A DNA stretch of 64,000 nucleotides, taken from assembly GCA_963662405.2 (NCBI GenBank), contig CAXXKT010000001.1, forward strand, positions 1,216,001-1,280,000, given 5' to 3'. The DNA is from Syntrophales bacterium (GTDB taxonomy: Bacteria > Desulfobacterota > Syntrophia > Syntrophales > UBA2210). The notes under the pieces were generated by a model, which was not told where the DNA came from, did no database searches, and saw only the letters and a program-made list of their open reading frames with translations. Shown here piece after piece: positions 60,791 to 64,000 of the stretch (position 1 is its first letter; each line of letters starts with the position of its first letter). The translations under genes were made by a program, and so were the position numbers.

Positions 60791-63700
60791 ATGAGAGAAT
60801 GGTTCCGTGATCGAGGGCTTGTGCTGATAATTTTCTGTATGGGCGTTGCCCTGATCTCGTGCGGAGGCGGGGGAAGTTCGTCGGGCGGTTCCGGAGGCAG
60901 TACGGCGGGTGCCATTACCCTGACCGCCGATCCGGTGGCGGGGATCCCCGCCGATGGGGCAAGCTCGTCCGCGATTACGGCCACCGTGGTGGACAGTGCC
61001 GGAGAGCCGGCAGTGGTAGGAACCTCGGTGACCTTCTCGACGACCCTCGGGTTTTTCCGTAACGGGAACACATCTTTTACGATGTCGATACAGGGCGATG
61101 CGGGTATTGCCGTCGCCTCGCTCTGCTCACTGATAGCGGGAACGGCGCAGGTCACCGTTACCTCCTCGGGGACGTCGCAGCGGATAACCGTCGGCTTTGT
61201 CGTTCCCACCGATATTCCGGCCACCCTCGCCCTCGCGGCGGACAAGACGACCGTCAAATCGGATGACTCCAACAGCGCCGCCATCACCGCCACGGTCCGG
61301 GCGGAGAGCACCGCCGTCATAACAGGGGTCCCCGTCACCTTCACGGCCACGGGGGGAGAGATCTCGGCATCGAGTGCCGAGACGGACGAAAACGGACGAG
61401 CCCAGGTGACCTTCTCGGCGGGCGATGACCGTCAAAACCATACCGTCACCATCACCGCCTCCGTCTCCGGGCTGGAGGACCGTTTCGTGGAGGTCGCCAT
61501 CGTGGGGACGACGGTGCAGATGACCCCGGAGCGGACCAACATCGAGATCGACGCCGCCCCGGTCCCCCTGGTGATTAATGTCAACGATGCGGGAGGGGGA
61601 GGAATTCCCTATGCCGCCGTCACCATCACCGCCGTCTCCACGGCGGGGGCCGGTGTCCCCCTCACCATGGCTGCGCCCACCGGGATGATCGCTCCGTCCA
61701 CCTATTCGGGAGTGACGGACCTGAACGGTGAACTGACCATGCAGCTCTCGGGGACCCGTGACGGTGGGGTGACGGTGACGGCAGAGGCCCTCGGCGCCGC
61801 GGCGAGCAAGGATTTCGTGGTCGGAGCGGCGGGCTTTGTCTTCGGGATCACCAATGTATATTACGAGGACCCCGCAAAATCGCTGGAAGAGGACCCCGTT
61901 CCCCTCTACGTGGGACAGGACCTCACCATCGAGGTCAACGCCCCCGCCCCCGATCAGGATACGATCCTCTTCGTCACCACGGTGGGGACCTTGACGGGCG
62001 ACATCGGTCTCCAGGTGGGACGGGTGATCACGGAACCGGTGGTGGGAAAAGTGGCCACGGCGGTCCTGAATGCCGCCTCCGCGGGGATGGCCACCATCTG
62101 GGTCATGGACGCCGATGATCCCTACACGACCGATTCGTTGAAGGTCGATATCTCACCGCCCGTGAGCGACGCCGCGCAGATCATTCTCCAGGCGACCCCC
62201 ACGACCATCGAGACGAACGCGGGGGACACCAGTACCTCCACCCTGATCGCGACCGTCACGAATGCGGAGGGACAGGTGATACGCGGCGCCCCCGTCGTAT
62301 TCTCGATGGAAGAGACGACCGGCGGAGGGGAGTTCATCTCCCCCGCCATCGCCTACACGAACAGCCTGGGGCAGGCCACCGCGACCTTCACGGCGGGGGC
62401 GCTTCCCTCGGGGGCGAACGGGGTAAGTGCCTGCGCCGCCGTGGTTGACCGGGCGGACATTCCCGACAGTTGTGTCTCCATCATCATCGGGGGGACCGCC
62501 GGTTCAATGGTCATCTCCCGGGGGACCACCATCGAGTCCGTCAATGACGGCACGGTGTACCGCCTCCCCATGACCGTCCTGGTGACCGACGCGACGGGGA
62601 GTCCCGTGAGCGGGGCCGTCGTTTCCCTCAGTGCGTGGCCGAGTCGCTGTGCCACGGGGTATTGGGAGGAAATCGATGACAATGAATGCCAGCCGGTGTA
62701 CGGATGTGTGCTGGCCAATGAAGATGTGAATAGAAACAATAATCTCGACGACGGCGAGGACCGGAACGGTGACCAGGTCCTGACACCCCCCCAGGCGGCG
62801 GCGGGGGGTCTCACCCCCGATTTTGACGCCGGTGTGGAGGGACAGTTCGAAATCACGGTTACTACCGACGGAAACGGTCTGGCCACCTTCGACCTCATCT
62901 ATCCGAAATCGTCGTCGGCCTGGATCGAGGACCGGATCACCGCCACCACCCTCGTCCTTGGAACGGAGACGACATCGACCACCACCTTCTGGCTCCCCTG
63001 GGAGACGACGGAATCGTGCAACCTCCCGAATTCTCCCTACAGCACCAAGTCGCTGTCCCTCTCCGCCTCCCCCTCCACCCTCACGGCGGACGGGTCCAGC
63101 ACCAGCACGATCACTGCGGTGGTGATCGACGCCCTGAACCAGGCGGCCAGCGGTGAGATCGTTCTCTTCGAGGTGACGTCCGGGGCGGGGACGGTCAGCC
63201 CGGCCATTGTCCTCACCTCGGCGGGGATCGCCCAGACGACCTACACGGCCGCCGCCGTCGCCGGGACCGAGACGGTCGAGGCGTGGGTGTCCGGGACGGA
63301 GTGCGCCTTTCATACGGTCCAGATCACCCTGACCGCGGCCGATTCCCCCACGGCGGTAATGGAGTGGACGGACCTGGGGGATCAGCAGCACGTCCTCTTT
63401 GCCGACGTATCCTATCCCTCAATCGAGACCGGTGCCGCCATCGATTCGTGGTACTGGACCTTCCGGCGGGCGAACGGAGCGCTGATCCGGGTGTCCTCCG
63501 CGCAGAATCCCGGACCGATTGCTCTGGGATCTCCGGGGTGGTACGTGGCGCAGCTCACGGTGACCGATGTCCTCGGCGAGACGGACACCGTCCTGGAGGC
63601 GGTGGAGGTAGAGGCGCAGGACCTCTCGGCGACGATGCCGACGGCCTATTTCGATAATACAACCGGCTTGTGGGACCTGGGGGATGGTGAACACTTCCTC

Positions 63701-64000
63701 TTCGCGGATCAATCGTCCGCCGCCAAGGGGACCCGGCTGGCGAGCTGGCTGTGGCAGTTCCGGCAGGCCGACGGTGACCTTATCTCCACCTCCGGCGTCC
63801 AGCACCCGGGGAGCGTCAGCCTCACGGGCTCCGTCGGTGACTATTTTGCCTCCTTGACGGTGACGAACAACCTGGGAGAGTCGGATACGGTGATGAAGGC
63901 GGTCGTATTGGCGGAGCCAGGCGGCGAACCAACAGACCCGACGGCCGAATTCACCTGGGCGGACCTGGGGGACCATGATCACGTCCTCTTTACGGATCTC
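60791..64000 (+). CDS. Large lipoprotein with Big_1/invasin-like Ig repeats and PKD-like repeats (partial, runs off the window end; not in the ORF track)
   Basis: GGAGGAG SD, then MREWFRDRGLVLIIFCMGVALISC (lipobox) and a Gly/Ser linker. Ig repeats (ADGASSSAITATV, TDENGRAQVTF, ADGSSTSTITAVV) are followed by PKD-like PTA.F..DLGD..H.LF.D..SW.W.F repeats. All stretches read were in one frame up to the window edge. Confidence 0.85.
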   Translation, partial: MREWFRDRGLVLIIFCMGVALISCGGGGSSSGGSGGSTAGAITLTADPVAGIPADGASSSAITATVVDSAGEPAVVGTSVTFSTTLGFFRNGNTSFTMSIQGDAGIAVASLCSLIAGTAQVTVTSSGTSQRITVGFVVPTDIPATLALAADKTTVKSDDSNSAAITATVRAESTAVITGVPVTFTATGGEISASSAETDENGRAQVTFSAGDDRQNHTVTITASVSGLEDRFVEVAIVGTTVQMTPERTNIEIDAAPVPLVINVNDAGGGGIPYAAVTITAVSTAGAGVPLTMAAPTGMIAPSTYSGVTDLNGELTMQLSGTRDGGVTVTAEALGAAASKDFVVGAAGFVFGITNVYYEDPAKSLEEDPVPLYVGQDLTIEVNAPAPDQDTILFVTTVGTLTGDIGLQVGRVITEPVVGKVATAVLNAASAGMATIWVMDADDPYTTDSLKVDISPPVSDAAQIILQATPTTIETNAGDTSTSTLIATVTNAEGQVIRGAPVVFSMEETTGGGEFISPAIAYTNSLGQATATFTAGALPSGANGVSACAAVVDRADIPDSCVSIIIGGTAGSMVISRGTTIESVNDGTVYRLPMTVLVTDATGSPVSGAVVSLSAWPSRCATGYWEEIDDNECQPVYGCVLANEDVNRNNNLDDGEDRNGDQVLTPPQAAAGGLTPDFDAGVEGQFEITVTTDGNGLATFDLIYPKSSSAWIEDRITATTLVLGTETTSTTTFWLPWETTESCNLPNSPYSTKSLSLSASPSTLTADGSSTSTITAVVIDALNQAASGEIVLFEVTSGAGTVSPAIVLTSAGIAQTTYTAAAVAGTETVEAWVSGTECAFHTVQITLTAADSPTAVMEWTDLGDQQHVLFADVSYPSIETGAAIDSWYWTFRRANGALIRVSSAQNPGPIALGSPGWYVAQLTVTDVLGETDTVLEAVEVEAQDLSATMPTAYFDNTTGLWDLGDGEHFLFADQSSAAKGTRLASWLWQFRQADGDLISTSGVQHPGSVSLTGSVGDYFASLTVTNNLGESDTVMKAVVLAEPGGEPTDPTAEFTWADLGDHDHVLFTDL

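Noticed and set aside
1..64000. CRISPR arrays, IS elements, prophage, selenoprotein TGA read-through
   Set aside because: No regularly spaced repeats, transposase/phage ORFs or motif-interrupting TGA codons were found by eye.

Overview
A 64-kb, GC-rich chromosomal segment of an anaerobic deltaproteobacterium; Desulfobacterota/Syntrophales-like is an inference from gene content. From left to right it holds: (1) 1-7.9 kb, three Tat-exported flavocytochrome-c-type flavoproteins around a 15-heme cytochrome c fused to a membrane cytochrome b; (2) an SDR, an osmoprotectant ABC transporter, a broken plsC and a sigma28-preceded REC-REC-HD-GYP gene; (3) 16-40.5 kb, acyl-CoA/carboxylate catabolism (2-oxoacid oxidoreductase with a GltD/DsrL-like subunit, crotonases, epoxide hydrolase, two SLC13 carriers, CoA transferase, ADP-forming CoA-ligase alpha, TetR, three acyl-CoA dehydrogenases, thiolase); (4) housekeeping genes prmC-murA-hisD, tRNA-Gly(CCC), rimP-nusA-infB-rbfA-truB-rpsO-pnp-dut and a DUF39 homocysteine gene; (5) a sigma54-preceded ftsB-like/pilMNOPQ operon followed by a large Ig/PKD lipoprotein that runs off the window. 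The best candidate for a little-described system is the quinol-to-flavoprotein 'single-chain wire' with three diversified non-fumarate reductases. Also notable are a PilQ lacking its N1/N3 domain, an acyl-CoA dehydrogenase lacking both canonical catalytic Glu residues, and the NAD(P)-linked 2-oxoacid oxidoreductase. No CRISPR array, transposase or rRNA was seen. All calls come from reading the sequence and motifs; no database searches were run.
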